Source: Candidatus Eremiobacteria bacterium
GTDB taxonomy: Bacteria > Vulcanimicrobiota > Vulcanimicrobiia > Vulcanimicrobiales > Vulcanimicrobiaceae
DNA: 64,000 bases
Reading direction: 5' to 3'
Assembly: GCA_963758295.1 (NCBI GenBank)
Contig: CAVWUU010000004.1
Span: forward strand, 352,001 to 416,000
Positions 1-8,910 of the stretch are shown here, in pieces (the stretch's first letter is position 1; each line of letters begins with the position of its first letter). A model generated the notes under the pieces. The model did no database searches and had not been told where the DNA came from. It worked only from the letters and a program-made list of their open reading frames with translations. Position numbers and translations under genes: made by a program.

Positions 1-97
1 ACAGGAGAGCCGCATGGAGTCCGATGCGAGTGCCTAAATGCTGGCGGGCAAAGCGGGCGGGGGTCCCAAAAAACAGCCTCAAATGTTCTGCGAGTCA

Positions 98-526
98 TGC
101 TGGGTGGCTGGATTCGAACCAGCGCATGGCGGAGTCAAAGTCCACTGCCGTGCCCCAAAGCGCGTTGCGCTTCGGGGACCCCCAAGCCTTAACCGCACTC
201 CGTTGCTTCGCAACTGCGCGCCCCCCGCGGCAAAGCCGCCGGGTCCCCCAAAAAAGAAGACTCGCGCGTCTGCGAGTCTTACAATGCTGGGGGTGGCTGG
301 ATTCGAACCAACGCATGGCGGAGTCAAAGTCCACTGCCGTGCCCCAAAGCGCGTTGCGCTTCGGGGACCCCCAAGCCTTAACCGCACTCCGTTGCTTCGC
401 AACTGCGCGCCCCCCGCGGCAAAGCCGCCGGGTCCCCCAAAAAAGAAGACTCGCGCGTCTGCGAGTCTTACAATGCTGGGGCGGCTGGATTCGAACCAAC
501 GCATGGTGGAGTCAAAGTCCACTGCC
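98..526 (-). repeat. Tandem ~189-bp repeat downstream of tRNA-Gln (two full periods, plus a degenerate remnant at ~40-97)
   Basis: GATTCGAACC recurs at 111, 300 and 488; TCCACTGCC ends at 149, 338 and 526; units are nearly identical and each holds a tRNA 3' half, GC hairpins and the terminator. Confidence 0.95.
439..469 (-). terminator. Intrinsic terminator of tRNA-Gln (repeated at ~250-280)
   Basis: Minus strand AAGACTCGC-N6-GCGAGTCTT followed by CTTTTTT, directly after the tRNA 3' end. Confidence 0.8.
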
Positions 527-547
527 TTACCGCTTGGCTACGCCCCA
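476..547 (-). tRNA. tRNA-Gln(UUG)
   Basis: TGGGGCG/CGCCCCA acceptor stem, GTGGA-CT-TTG-AC-TCCAC anticodon arm, GGTTCGAATCC T arm; CCA not fully encoded. Confidence 0.97.
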
Positions 548-657
548 TTACGCAGCTGGCGCTGCACGCACACTCTGTGCTTCCATTTGTTTCCGCGTCA
601 GCGGAAACCCCATTACGCGGCGTAATGCGCAGTCGGGGCCGGAAGCGACCACGGAGA

Positions 658-1044
658 TTACGAGATGCGAGGCGGCTTCCCTGTGCGGGAGAGCCAAGGG
701 ATCTCGAAGAGTTCCCCGCGACCTGCTCGCTGACTATACCGTATGGCGGCAATGAGCCATAAGACGAAGAGCGCAATATCGATCAACATCGCAAGGGCGT
801 AGATCCAGATCGTCGCCGCAACACTCGTCACGAAGAAACTCAAGATCAGCGGCCAGAGAAACGCGACAAGCGCTGCAAGTACGGCTGCATTGCCGAACTT
901 GAGCGCTTGTCTCATATGAACCCGGTACCAATTCGACGCGTCCGGTCGACGCGCGATGCGATCGTAGACCGCCACTGGCCAAACCAGGTAAGCGAGCGCG
1001 GCTATCCGCTGTTCCGCGCTTACGCGGTCGGTTGGGGTTTCTAT
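658..1044 (-). CDS. Small membrane protein (DUF4870-like); start uncertain
   Basis: C-terminal part of ORF 658..1326: AALAYL motif, three hydrophobic helices, GELFEIPW tail; the upstream part overlaps the NlpC/P60 gene. Confidence 0.6.
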   Translation of the reverse strand: METPTDRVSAEQRIAALAYLVWPVAVYDRIARRPDASNWYRVHMRQALKFGNAAVLAALVAFLWPLILSFFVTSVAATIWIYALAMLIDIALFVLWLIAAIRYSQRAGRGELFEIPWLSRTGKPPRIS

Positions 1045-1658
1045 CGGGCCGCGATCAGCCGCTTCGCGCCGACATAGCGCGCCGCCCAATAGGAGTCGCT
1101 CAGCTTCGAGACCATCACGCCGTGGCTCGAACTTGCGTGGACGAACTGACCATTCCCGATGTAGATACCCACGTGCGACACACCGGGCTCGTAGGTATGG
1201 AAGAATACGAGATCGCCGGCACGCATGGCGCCCACGATGCGGTGGCCTGCGTCGTACTGCGCGTCCGCCGTCCGCGGCAAGCTCATGCCGAGCATCGCGA
1301 AGACGTGTTGGACGTAGCCGGAGCAATCGAAGCCCGACGTGCTCGTGCCGCCGAAAACGTACGGCGTGCCGAGGAATCGCAGAGCGCTGCGCGTGAGTTG
1401 CTGCGCAATCTTCGAGGTACGGGCGAGTACGCCGCCCGCAAAACGGCCGATTTCACCGTTCTTACCACGGTGTTCGCTGCGGCTGTTCACGATGAGATGC
1501 GCGGTCCAGGCTTCCACGTCGGGGCTTTGGGCCATCTCGGTGGTAGCAACGACGTTGGCGGTATTAGCTGGTTTGACGATCGTTTCGTCGGCTCGCGCAA
1601 AACCAAAAGATCCGGCGAGCAACAGGGCAAAAGCCCCGGCAGCTAACGCTTGACGCAA
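1041..1658 (-). CDS. Secreted NlpC/P60 (C40) cell-wall peptidase
   Basis: Signal peptide; GTPYVFGG, FDCSG, GDLVFF, HVGIY and FVHAS motifs. Confidence 0.95.
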   Translation of the reverse strand: MRQALAAGAFALLLAGSFGFARADETIVKPANTANVVATTEMAQSPDVEAWTAHLIVNSRSEHRGKNGEIGRFAGGVLARTSKIAQQLTRSALRFLGTPYVFGGTSTSGFDCSGYVQHVFAMLGMSLPRTADAQYDAGHRIVGAMRAGDLVFFHTYEPGVSHVGIYIGNGQFVHASSSHGVMVSKLSDSYWAARYVGAKRLIAAR

Positions 1659-1665
1659 GAAAAAG

Positions 1666-1796
1666 CTCCTCTTTCACAACACTTGCGAGGTTAGTTGACG
1701 GGTTCGGACGGGAAAGATCGCCCTAGGACCGACCGGTCCATTCACCCCTACCCTTGGGAGTCCCCCGCTCGGGATGCCAATCCCGATTCAGTGATC
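1666..1796 (-). ncRNA. c-di-AMP (ydaO/yuaA) riboswitch
   Basis: Minus strand CTGAATC..GAGCGGGGGAC..GGGGTGAAT..TAGGG..CCGAACCCGTCAACTAACCTCGCAAG..AAGAGGAG matches the ydaO consensus, upstream of a peptidoglycan hydrolase. Confidence 0.92.
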
Positions 1797-1897
1797 TTGT
1801 GCAGGCGTAGGTGCCGTGGAAATTAAGATCCACGGCTTGATGGGCCATATGGTACACCATAAGACGCCCGAATTCCTCTCTTGCTTGGACGCTATCT

Positions 1898-3250
1898 TTA
1901 CAAAGCGCGGGCCGCGGCCTCGATCTCGCCTGCTAGGTCGGCGGCAACGCGCTCGATCTGCTCCCGGTCATCGCCTTCGGCCATTACGCGGATGAGAGGT
2001 TCGGTGCCCGAAGGGCGGATGAGCAGGCGACCGCAGCCGTTGAGAATGGCTTCGGCTTGGGCGATGGCGGTGCGCACGGCGTCGGATTCCAGCACGTCTT
2101 TACGTGGGGTGCGCACGTTGACTAAGACTTGCGGCGCAACCACCACTTCGCTCACCAAATCGTGCAAACGCGTCTTCATTTCGCTCACGATTCCGAAGAG
2201 CGTCATCGCCGTCATCGGTCCATCGCCCGTGGTATTGCGGCGCAAATCGATGATGTGGCCCGATTGCTCGCCACCCAAGACAAACCCGCCGGCGCGCATC
2301 TGTTCGAGCACATAGCGGTCACCCACGGCCGCGCGCAAAAGCCGCATGCCGTGTTTTTGAAGCGCGCGCTCGAAGCCGATGTTGCTCATAACCGTTCCGA
2401 CGATGGTGTCGCCCGCGAGCTGGCCGCGTTCGTGCAAGTACTTCCCGATCGCGAACATCACGTGATCGCCTGAGACGATTTCACCGGTTTCGTCGACGAA
2501 AAGCGCGCGGTCGGCGTCGCCGTCGAACCCGACCCCTATCACGTGCTGTTCTCCGTCGGCAACCAGTTGACGGACGGATTCTTGGAGCGATCGGAGGTGC
2601 GTCGCGCCGCAGTTCACGTTGATGCGCGCGCCATCGTTTTCGCAATGGATCTCGGTGACGATCGCGCCCATCTTACGCATGGCGTAGGGCGCCATTGCGT
2701 AAGCAGCGCCGTACGCGCCATCGACCACGATGTGCAGGCTCGAAAGATCGACGCCCGTGCTATAGAGCTCTTCGTAGTAGTACTTTCCAAGGTTTTGCGC
2801 GACGCGCGCAACGCCGATGTCGGTTCCGGTCGGCCGCGGAAGCCCGGTGCTCTCGAGCAACGATTCGATTTCGATTTCTATGTCGTCGGAAAGCTTGAAC
2901 CCGTCCGGCCCGAAAAACTTGATGCCGTTGTCCGCAATCGGATTGTGCGAAGCGCTGATCATCACGCCGGCCGCAGCCTTCTCCGCGACGGTAATGCGCG
3001 CGACCGCCGGCGTCGGTACGACGCCGACCGACACGGCATCGCGGCCGACGGACGTAATGCCCGCAATGATGGCTGCCTCGAGCATCGTTCCGGAAAGACG
3101 CGTGTCGCGCCCCACGATCACCGGCCGGTGGCGGTCGCTCATGTGCGCGAGAACCGTCGCGCCGGCTCGCCCAACTTTGAACGCCAGCTCCGGCGTTAGG
3201 TCGGCATTTGCGACGCCGCGCACGCCGTCGGTTCCAAAGAGTCGGCTCAC
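1898..3250 (-). CDS. glmM: Phosphoglucosamine mutase
   Basis: FGTDGVRG, SASHNP, DGDADR, GGEQSGH motifs. Confidence 0.97.
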   Translation of the reverse strand: MSRLFGTDGVRGVANADLTPELAFKVGRAGATVLAHMSDRHRPVIVGRDTRLSGTMLEAAIIAGITSVGRDAVSVGVVPTPAVARITVAEKAAAGVMISASHNPIADNGIKFFGPDGFKLSDDIEIEIESLLESTGLPRPTGTDIGVARVAQNLGKYYYEELYSTGVDLSSLHIVVDGAYGAAYAMAPYAMRKMGAIVTEIHCENDGARINVNCGATHLRSLQESVRQLVADGEQHVIGVGFDGDADRALFVDETGEIVSGDHVMFAIGKYLHERGQLAGDTIVGTVMSNIGFERALQKHGMRLLRAAVGDRYVLEQMRAGGFVLGGEQSGHIIDLRRNTTGDGPMTAMTLFGIVSEMKTRLHDLVSEVVVAPQVLVNVRTPRKDVLESDAVRTAIAQAEAILNGCGRLLIRPSGTEPLIRVMAEGDDREQIERVAADLAGEIEAAARAL

Positions 3251-3921
3251 GGTTTGGTTTTTGCTCCAGTTCCGGCAACGAAGTCGATTTGCACCCGCAC
3301 CAAGTCCGGTGCGACCTCCAGCCCGGCAATCTCCTGCCCAAGTGAGTTCACCGGGACCGGACGTACCATTGCGTCATAGGTCTGCGGGGAGGGCGCGAGC
3401 GGAACGTCGACGCGCACCGATGTCACTTGCGAGAGCAGCCCGGTGGGTCCGTGAACGATCACGCTGGATGGCGTCGTGTGGTTGTCGCCCACGACGATCG
3501 CGTTCTGATCGCTGCCGACGTAGTGATACGCAAGAGGGTAAGCACGCTCGTCAATCTTCTCAATGGTTAAACTGACCGACGCAGGCGAAAGGCTCTGAAC
3601 CGCGATATGCGGCGCCACTAGCGCGATCGGCACGTTGTAGACGCCGGGCGTTTTGCTTGACAAGTCGAGGACCGCTTTGATCTCCTCCGGTTTCACCGGC
3701 GCTTCGCCGGGCTTAGATGCAACCGTTACCACGGCGTCTTTTTCGCTGAAATGCGCGATGTAGCCAACGGGCAAATTCGCCGCGAGGATCGGCACCGAAA
3801 TCTGCTGATCGAAGTGCGCGGCGATTACCGGATTGCTAGCGAAACGAAAATACGCCCAGCCGATAATGGCGAGCGCAAGCGAGAGAACTTTAAGTCCGAA
3901 GTTCTTTCGGATGATCTGCAC
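3247..3921 (-). CDS. cdaR: CdaR/YbbR-like regulator of diadenylate cyclase
   Basis: N-terminal KVLSLALAIIGW anchor, YbbR-like repeats, position between cdaA and glmM. Confidence 0.85.
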   Translation of the reverse strand: MQIIRKNFGLKVLSLALAIIGWAYFRFASNPVIAAHFDQQISVPILAANLPVGYIAHFSEKDAVVTVASKPGEAPVKPEEIKAVLDLSSKTPGVYNVPIALVAPHIAVQSLSPASVSLTIEKIDERAYPLAYHYVGSDQNAIVVGDNHTTPSSVIVHGPTGLLSQVTSVRVDVPLAPSPQTYDAMVRPVPVNSLGQEIAGLEVAPDLVRVQIDFVAGTGAKTKP

Positions 3922-4783
3922 GGACGTTTCCTTCGCCGCGACGCGGCGCCAGGCGGGCGCGAAGATGCGACACGAGGTCGTTGGCTCGGCGTCGATGGTC
4001 GCGCGGCGGGCGCGTCACGGCGAGGAGCACTTTGTTTAAGCGAGCCTCTTCTTCGACCGGACGCGAAAGTTTGCCCTCGCGTGCGATGCTAATGGCGCCG
4101 GTTTCTTCCGACACCACGATCACAACGGCGTCCGTCTGTTCGGTCAGTCCCAGCGCCGCGCGATGCCGCGTGCCGACGCGGCGTTCCGCGAGCGACTGCT
4201 CCGCCAGCGGTAAAAAACAGCCCGCCGCTTCGACGACATTTTCGCGGACGATTAGGGCGCCGTCGTGCAATGGCGACCGGGGCATGAAAATCGCCAGCAG
4301 CAGTTCGGCGGATAGATTTGCGTTAAGCAGAGTGCCGCTCTCGACGAATTCTTTGAGGCCGCTTTGCTGCTCGATGACAATCAAACCGCCGAGTTTGTTG
4401 CGTGAAAGCAAAAACGCGGCGCGCGACAGCGTGGCAATCGACGCATCTTCCGGGCGCGTCCAGTCGGCGATATCTTCGCCGATGTGCAACAGGCCACCGC
4501 GACCAATCTGTTCGAGCGCCCGGCGAAGTTCCGGTTGGAAAACGATCGGCAACGTGACGGCCGCGCCGACCACGAGCAGTTGGAGAATCGTTCCCAGTAA
4601 AATCAAATGCAGCAGGCCGGCCAGACCCAAAAGACCGACGAGGACCATCAGCCCGGTGATAATCTGAACGGCGCGCGTGCCGCGGATGAGCAGCAAGACA
4701 TAGTAGATCAACACGCTGGTGCCGGCGATATCGAGGACGTCGGTAATGCCGACGTAGGAAAGCATCGAATTAATCAGTGACAC
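3890..4783 (-). CDS. cdaA: Diadenylate cyclase CdaA/DacA (start GTG 4783 or ATG 4765)
   Basis: Three TM helices, FQPELRRALE, PLHDGA and GTRHRAA motifs. Confidence 0.95.
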   Translation of the reverse strand: MSLINSMLSYVGITDVLDIAGTSVLIYYVLLLIRGTRAVQIITGLMVLVGLLGLAGLLHLILLGTILQLLVVGAAVTLPIVFQPELRRALEQIGRGGLLHIGEDIADWTRPEDASIATLSRAAFLLSRNKLGGLIVIEQQSGLKEFVESGTLLNANLSAELLLAIFMPRSPLHDGALIVRENVVEAAGCFLPLAEQSLAERRVGTRHRAALGLTEQTDAVVIVVSEETGAISIAREGKLSRPVEEEARLNKVLLAVTRPPRDHRRRANDLVSHLRARLAPRRGEGNVRADHPKELRT

Positions 4784-5315
4784 GATGCTGCTCCAGCAAG
4801 GCTTCCAATACGCGGTCGGGCGCGATTTCCGGGGCGTCCAACCCTTCGGAGGCAATCTTCGCCGACCACGAAAGCGGCAATGGTGCGAGCAGACGGCTAG
4901 AACGCCCGCCGCCGAAGCGGGAAAGTTCCACGTCGATAAGCGCCATGATAAACGACGCGCTCGTGCGCTCCATGTTCCACTCGACCAGCACGGCGTCGCC
5001 TTCGGTTTCGCATCGAGCGATGCCGGAGGGTGCGCCGGGGCCGCCCAGTGCATGCCGCAGTACGGGCAAGGCTTCTGCGGCGTGGGGGGAAACTGCAAGG
5101 GCGATGAGAGGCGAATCGACGATTTCAGCGGTTGCGACGGAGGCTAGCTCCCCCGCGCACGCATCGCTCGCTTCTTCTACCAACGCATACGCGCAGGCTG
5201 GTCGAGCGTTGCGTTGCCACGTTATCCGGCCGTTATGCCTGCGTACGACCGCGTCGACGGTGCCGGTTTCAGCGTCGTCGGGGATCGAACGGTAACGCAG
5301 GGTGAATTCGCCCAC
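4770..5315 (-). CDS. Hypothetical protein upstream of cdaA; start uncertain
   Basis: C-terminal part of ORF 4770..5972; stop overlaps the cdaA start; protein-like composition. Confidence 0.55.
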   Translation of the reverse strand: MGEFTLRYRSIPDDAETGTVDAVVRRHNGRITWQRNARPACAYALVEEASDACAGELASVATAEIVDSPLIALAVSPHAAEALPVLRHALGGPGAPSGIARCETEGDAVLVEWNMERTSASFIMALIDVELSRFGGGRSSRLLAPLPLSWSAKIASEGLDAPEIAPDRVLEALLEQHRVTD

Positions 5316-5357
5316 TGTGCCTGCATCGTTTGCCGCGGCGCGCCTGCAATCTTGCGA

Positions 5358-6239
5358 ATGAGCGATACTCGCCGCGCGCTTGTCGTCTCGACCGGCAAAA
5401 ACGCCGCTTGGGTCGTGCTGGACGACGAATTGCAACCTCGCGTCGCGCAATTGCGGCGGATGACCGGAAAGCGCTTTATGCCGGTTCCGGGCGATGTGGT
5501 TCACGTGCGCGTGCTCGAGGACGGCAAAACCGTCGTCGATAGATCGGAAGACCGAAGTTTTACGTTGGAGCGCCGCTCGATCGACGGTCGCACCAAAACG
5601 ATGGCGGCGAACGTCGATACGCTTACTACCGTTACCGCGCTTGCCGATCCGGCGCCGCGCCTCGTTACACTCGATCAACTTCTCGCTTTCGCGGAACTCC
5701 AAGACATAGACGCCATCGTCGTTTTCACCAAACCCGATCTCGCCTCCGATGAAGAGCGCGAGCGTCTTATAAGGACGTACGAGTCGCTCGGATACCGGAC
5801 GATCGTGGTAAACCCGAAAACGGCAACGAACGTCGAAGCGCTTCGTGACGCGATTCACCGGCGGCATGCGCTGTTGTGCGGAATATCCGGCGTGGGGAAG
5901 AGTTCGATTTTCAAGGCGCTCGGCGGCGACGCGAGCGTCGGCGAAGTTAGCCGCTACGGTCTCGGCCGGCAAACGACCACGACGGCTCGACTATACCGGA
6001 TGGAAGACGGCTTCCTTATAGATAGCCCGGGCGTCAACGAGTTCGGCCTCGGCAGGATCGAGCCGCAAGAACTCGTTCACGGGTTCCGCGAGATGCCGGG
6101 ACCCGCGGCAAGCTGCCGCTTTACCGACTGTACTCACCTCCAGGAGCCGGATTGCGGCGTCCAGGGCGCGGTGGCGGGCGGCCGGATTGCCGAGAGCCGA
6201 TATCAGAGCTACCGAAGGATCCTTTTGGAGCCCAGCTGA
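5358..6239 (+). CDS. rsgA: Ribosome small subunit-dependent GTPase A
   Basis: Permuted GTPase motifs TKPD, GISGVGKSS, GRQTTT, DSPG; CRFTDCTHLQEPDC zinc finger. Confidence 0.95.
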   Translation: MSDTRRALVVSTGKNAAWVVLDDELQPRVAQLRRMTGKRFMPVPGDVVHVRVLEDGKTVVDRSEDRSFTLERRSIDGRTKTMAANVDTLTTVTALADPAPRLVTLDQLLAFAELQDIDAIVVFTKPDLASDEERERLIRTYESLGYRTIVVNPKTATNVEALRDAIHRRHALLCGISGVGKSSIFKALGGDASVGEVSRYGLGRQTTTTARLYRMEDGFLIDSPGVNEFGLGRIEPQELVHGFREMPGPAASCRFTDCTHLQEPDCGVQGAVAGGRIAESRYQSYRRILLEPS

Positions 6240-6318
6240 CGGCGGAAGGCTGGACCATCGAAAAGGTCTGTGTTATACTACGCGGCGTTGCCCCCTAGCC
6301 GTTAGGAGTTCTTTTACT

Positions 6319-6630
6319 TTGCCGAACATCAAGGCCGCTGAAAAGTGGATGCGTCAAACCGAGAAGCGCACCATCCGGAATAAGGATGTGAAGACGCGTC
6401 TTAAGACCATCTTCAAGAAGGTCGTTGCCGCGCAAGATGGCGAGGCCGTGAAGACGGTCGAGAGCGCGTTCGACAAAGCAGCAAAAAGCGGCGTGATTCA
6501 CAAGAACAAGGCGGCTCGCAAGAAGTCGCGCCTCGCGAAAGCGATGACGCGCGCTGCTGCGGCGCCGGTCGTTACGAAGAAGACCTCTTCGAAGAGCGCC
6601 CGCACCAAGAAGGGCTCCAAGAAAAAGTAA
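6319..6630 (+). CDS. rpsT: 30S ribosomal protein S20 (TTG start)
   Basis: PNIKAAEK..RN, DKAAKSGVIHKNKAARKKSRL; AGGAG RBS. Confidence 0.95.
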   Translation: MPNIKAAEKWMRQTEKRTIRNKDVKTRLKTIFKKVVAAQDGEAVKTVESAFDKAAKSGVIHKNKAARKKSRLAKAMTRAAAAPVVTKKTSSKSARTKKGSKKK

Positions 6631-6652
6631 CCGCTTTTTCGCAACATTCGAT

Positions 6653-6686
6653 AGAACTCGCCTGGCATCCAGGCGGGTTCTTTTTT
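6653..6686 (+). terminator. Intrinsic terminator after rpsT
   Basis: AGAACTCGCCTGG/CCAGGCGGGTTCT hairpin plus T-run. Confidence 0.85.
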
Positions 6687-6704
6687 ACGTCGTACTAGGA
6701 GCGC

Positions 6705-7946
6705 GTGAGCCAGATCGCCGACGACCCGAAGGCCGTTTTTCTTGCGACCATGGCGCGCGAGCTGCATCTCGCCGGCGTCGCAACCGATGCTCTTGAAGCC
6801 ACTCTGACGGGCATCGCCGAAGCCATCGGTCTCTCCGTCCAGATCTTCGCGCTGCCCACGAATATCACGCTGGCCGTCGGTCCGCGCTGGAATCAAAAGG
6901 TCGTAATGATGCGGCTCGATCCAGGGCGCGTAAACCTTCGCAAAATTTCTATACTGAACGTGATTTATGACGAACTGCGCGAAGGCAAGATCGACTACCG
7001 AGAAGCCGCCGTTCAAGTAGATAATATCGACCGGCGGTGGCCGGGGCTCAACGTCCTGTGGGAGATTCCGGCGCTGGCGATCGTTGCCGTGGGCGTCGGC
7101 ATTCTGCTTTCCGGCGGGATTCGCGAGTTGATTGTCGCAGGATGCATCGGCGCATTCACCGGCATCATCTCCGCGATTGCGACGCAAAATGAAACCGTAG
7201 CGCGGCTTTTCGAAGTCATCGCGGCCTTTGCCGGAACGCTGATCGTCGCGGCGTTCACGCACTTCATCGGGCCCACGAACATCTACATTTCCATCGTTGC
7301 CGGCGTCGTAGTTTTGCTGCCGGGCTACTCGTTAACCCTGGCGCTGCACGAGTTAGCTAACGGGGATCTTGTCGCGGGCGTGGCACGTCTTGGCAAAGTT
7401 CTCCTAGTTCTGCTCGCGCTTGGCTGCGGAGCATTGCTCGGATTTGCCGTTGTCGGCCCGTCTTTGCTACAAAGCGCCGACGTGCACACGCACGCCGTAG
7501 CCGGACGGTGGTGGATTCTTGCGTCGATTCTCATGGCCACCGGTTTGTCGATCGATCTCGATGCGCGCTTACGGGATTTCATTTGGGTTTTCGCAGCAAG
7601 TTTCGTAGCGTTGCTTACTTCGCATCTGCTCGGCCTTACGGCGGTGCATCAAGTTGCAGCTTTCGGTGCGGCGTTCATCTGTGGCGTCGTCGCGAATATG
7701 GGCGCGCGATTTTTACGAGTACCGCAACCGGTAATGCTTGTGCCCGCGCTATTGGTGCTCGTTCCGGGCAGCCTCAGTTACGAGAGCGTGCTCTTTGCGT
7801 TTCAACAAAACATAAGCGCCGCGGCGCCCCTCGCCGCCAATGCCGCGACGGCCGCTATTGAGCTGGTTGCCGGTTTGTTGCTTTCGCAGCTGCTTTTTCC
7901 AACCACGGCACTACGCATGACGAGTGGAATCGGTCGGCTTCGTTAG
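6705..7946 (+). CDS. Threonine/serine exporter (ThrE family)
   Basis: About ten TM helices, LLPGYSLT..EL and LVPG motifs. Confidence 0.85.
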   Translation: MSQIADDPKAVFLATMARELHLAGVATDALEATLTGIAEAIGLSVQIFALPTNITLAVGPRWNQKVVMMRLDPGRVNLRKISILNVIYDELREGKIDYREAAVQVDNIDRRWPGLNVLWEIPALAIVAVGVGILLSGGIRELIVAGCIGAFTGIISAIATQNETVARLFEVIAAFAGTLIVAAFTHFIGPTNIYISIVAGVVVLLPGYSLTLALHELANGDLVAGVARLGKVLLVLLALGCGALLGFAVVGPSLLQSADVHTHAVAGRWWILASILMATGLSIDLDARLRDFIWVFAASFVALLTSHLLGLTAVHQVAAFGAAFICGVVANMGARFLRVPQPVMLVPALLVLVPGSLSYESVLFAFQQNISAAAPLAANAATAAIELVAGLLLSQLLFPTTALRMTSGIGRLR

Positions 7947-7975
7947 ATTTCCATGCACTGGGTACAACGCTCAGC

Positions 7976-8257
7976 ATGGCTCAAGCCAAGCATGAAATCG
8001 CCGTAGAGGCCGTAATCGTTCCGCCGGGCGGCGACGGATTCGCGTTCGGCCACGATGCCGGCGGGCGATGCATCGAAATTACCGGTGAACGCGCTGCCAT
8101 GTTGGAGCTTTACCACCGGCTTCACGAAACGGAAGGAGAGCAAGGCCGCCGCCCGGTTCGAATCGATCCGGCGAAGTGGCCGGGAATCAAACGAATCGAG
8201 CAGCTTCACTGCCCGACGCACGCATTACCGCAGCGTGATGCCGACGCGGTAGCGTAA
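7976..8257 (+). CDS. Hypothetical protein
   Basis: 93-aa ORF filling the gap between convergent genes. Confidence 0.55.
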   Translation: MAQAKHEIAVEAVIVPPGGDGFAFGHDAGGRCIEITGERAAMLELYHRLHETEGEQGRRPVRIDPAKWPGIKRIEQLHCPTHALPQRDADAVA

Positions 8258-8261
8258 GGCG

Positions 8262-8894
8262 TTACGGGAAACTGGGCGGCGTCCCGGCCGCTGCATAAGC
8301 AGATTCATCGCCATGCAGCGCGCGTATGCACGCATCCACGGCGTCGCGCTGCCACAACCCCTTCAACAAGGCGAAGTCGCCGCTCGTGTTTTCCAGTTTG
8401 AACGTAGGCCGTTCGTCGCCGCCGGCCTTTGCCAGCCGCCGGTTTCCGTCGCGCAAGAGGTCCGCGACTTGTTGTGTTTCGGCGATGCACTGGAGCTCGG
8501 CGGCGTCCACGCCGAGCAACTCGCCGACGAATCCATAGACGATTTCAGGACGCCCGAACAGCGCGCCGCCTTGCATCGCCTCGGACATTACGGCGCATGA
8601 CAAACGCCATTTATCGGCACCGAGCGTGGCGCCGGCCGCGACGGCGGCATTCGCATGCCACGTTGTCGTGGTTTCGTGCTCGTACCACGCCGGCTTCAAC
8701 TCCATCGCGTACGCGCGCGTGCCGCGCCTGTAAAACCATGCTTCAGCTTCTGCCGGCAAGCCCATCGGTTTTCCATCGCCGATAGGGGCAATCACAACTT
8801 CGACCTCGATGCCGTTGTCATAAAGCGATTGCACAGCCGGTACCGCCGCCAAGCACCAGTGAGAAAGAACGTCGATAAACACGGTGGCCCGCAT
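8262..8894 (-). CDS. DsbA/FrnE-like thioredoxin-fold protein
   Basis: FIDVLSHWC (DxxCPWC-like) N-terminus and C-terminal PTF; start coupled to the priA end. Confidence 0.7.
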   Translation of the reverse strand: MRATVFIDVLSHWCLAAVPAVQSLYDNGIEVEVVIAPIGDGKPMGLPAEAEAWFYRRGTRAYAMELKPAWYEHETTTTWHANAAVAAGATLGADKWRLSCAVMSEAMQGGALFGRPEIVYGFVGELLGVDAAELQCIAETQQVADLLRDGNRRLAKAGGDERPTFKLENTSGDFALLKGLWQRDAVDACIRALHGDESAYAAAGTPPSFP

Positions 8895-8910
8895 GTGCAG
8901 CTCCTTTTCC

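Noticed and set aside
98..526. CRISPR array
   Set aside because: The whole unit repeats with no unique spacers, and there are no cas genes in the window
543..618. 11-bp direct repeat CCCCATTACGC and hairpins upstream of the tRNA
   Set aside because: Too short to call an att site, and no integrase is nearby
24..755. Long ORFs over the tRNA repeat
   Set aside because: They are translations of the GC-rich repeat and tRNA; the 189-bp period preserves the frame
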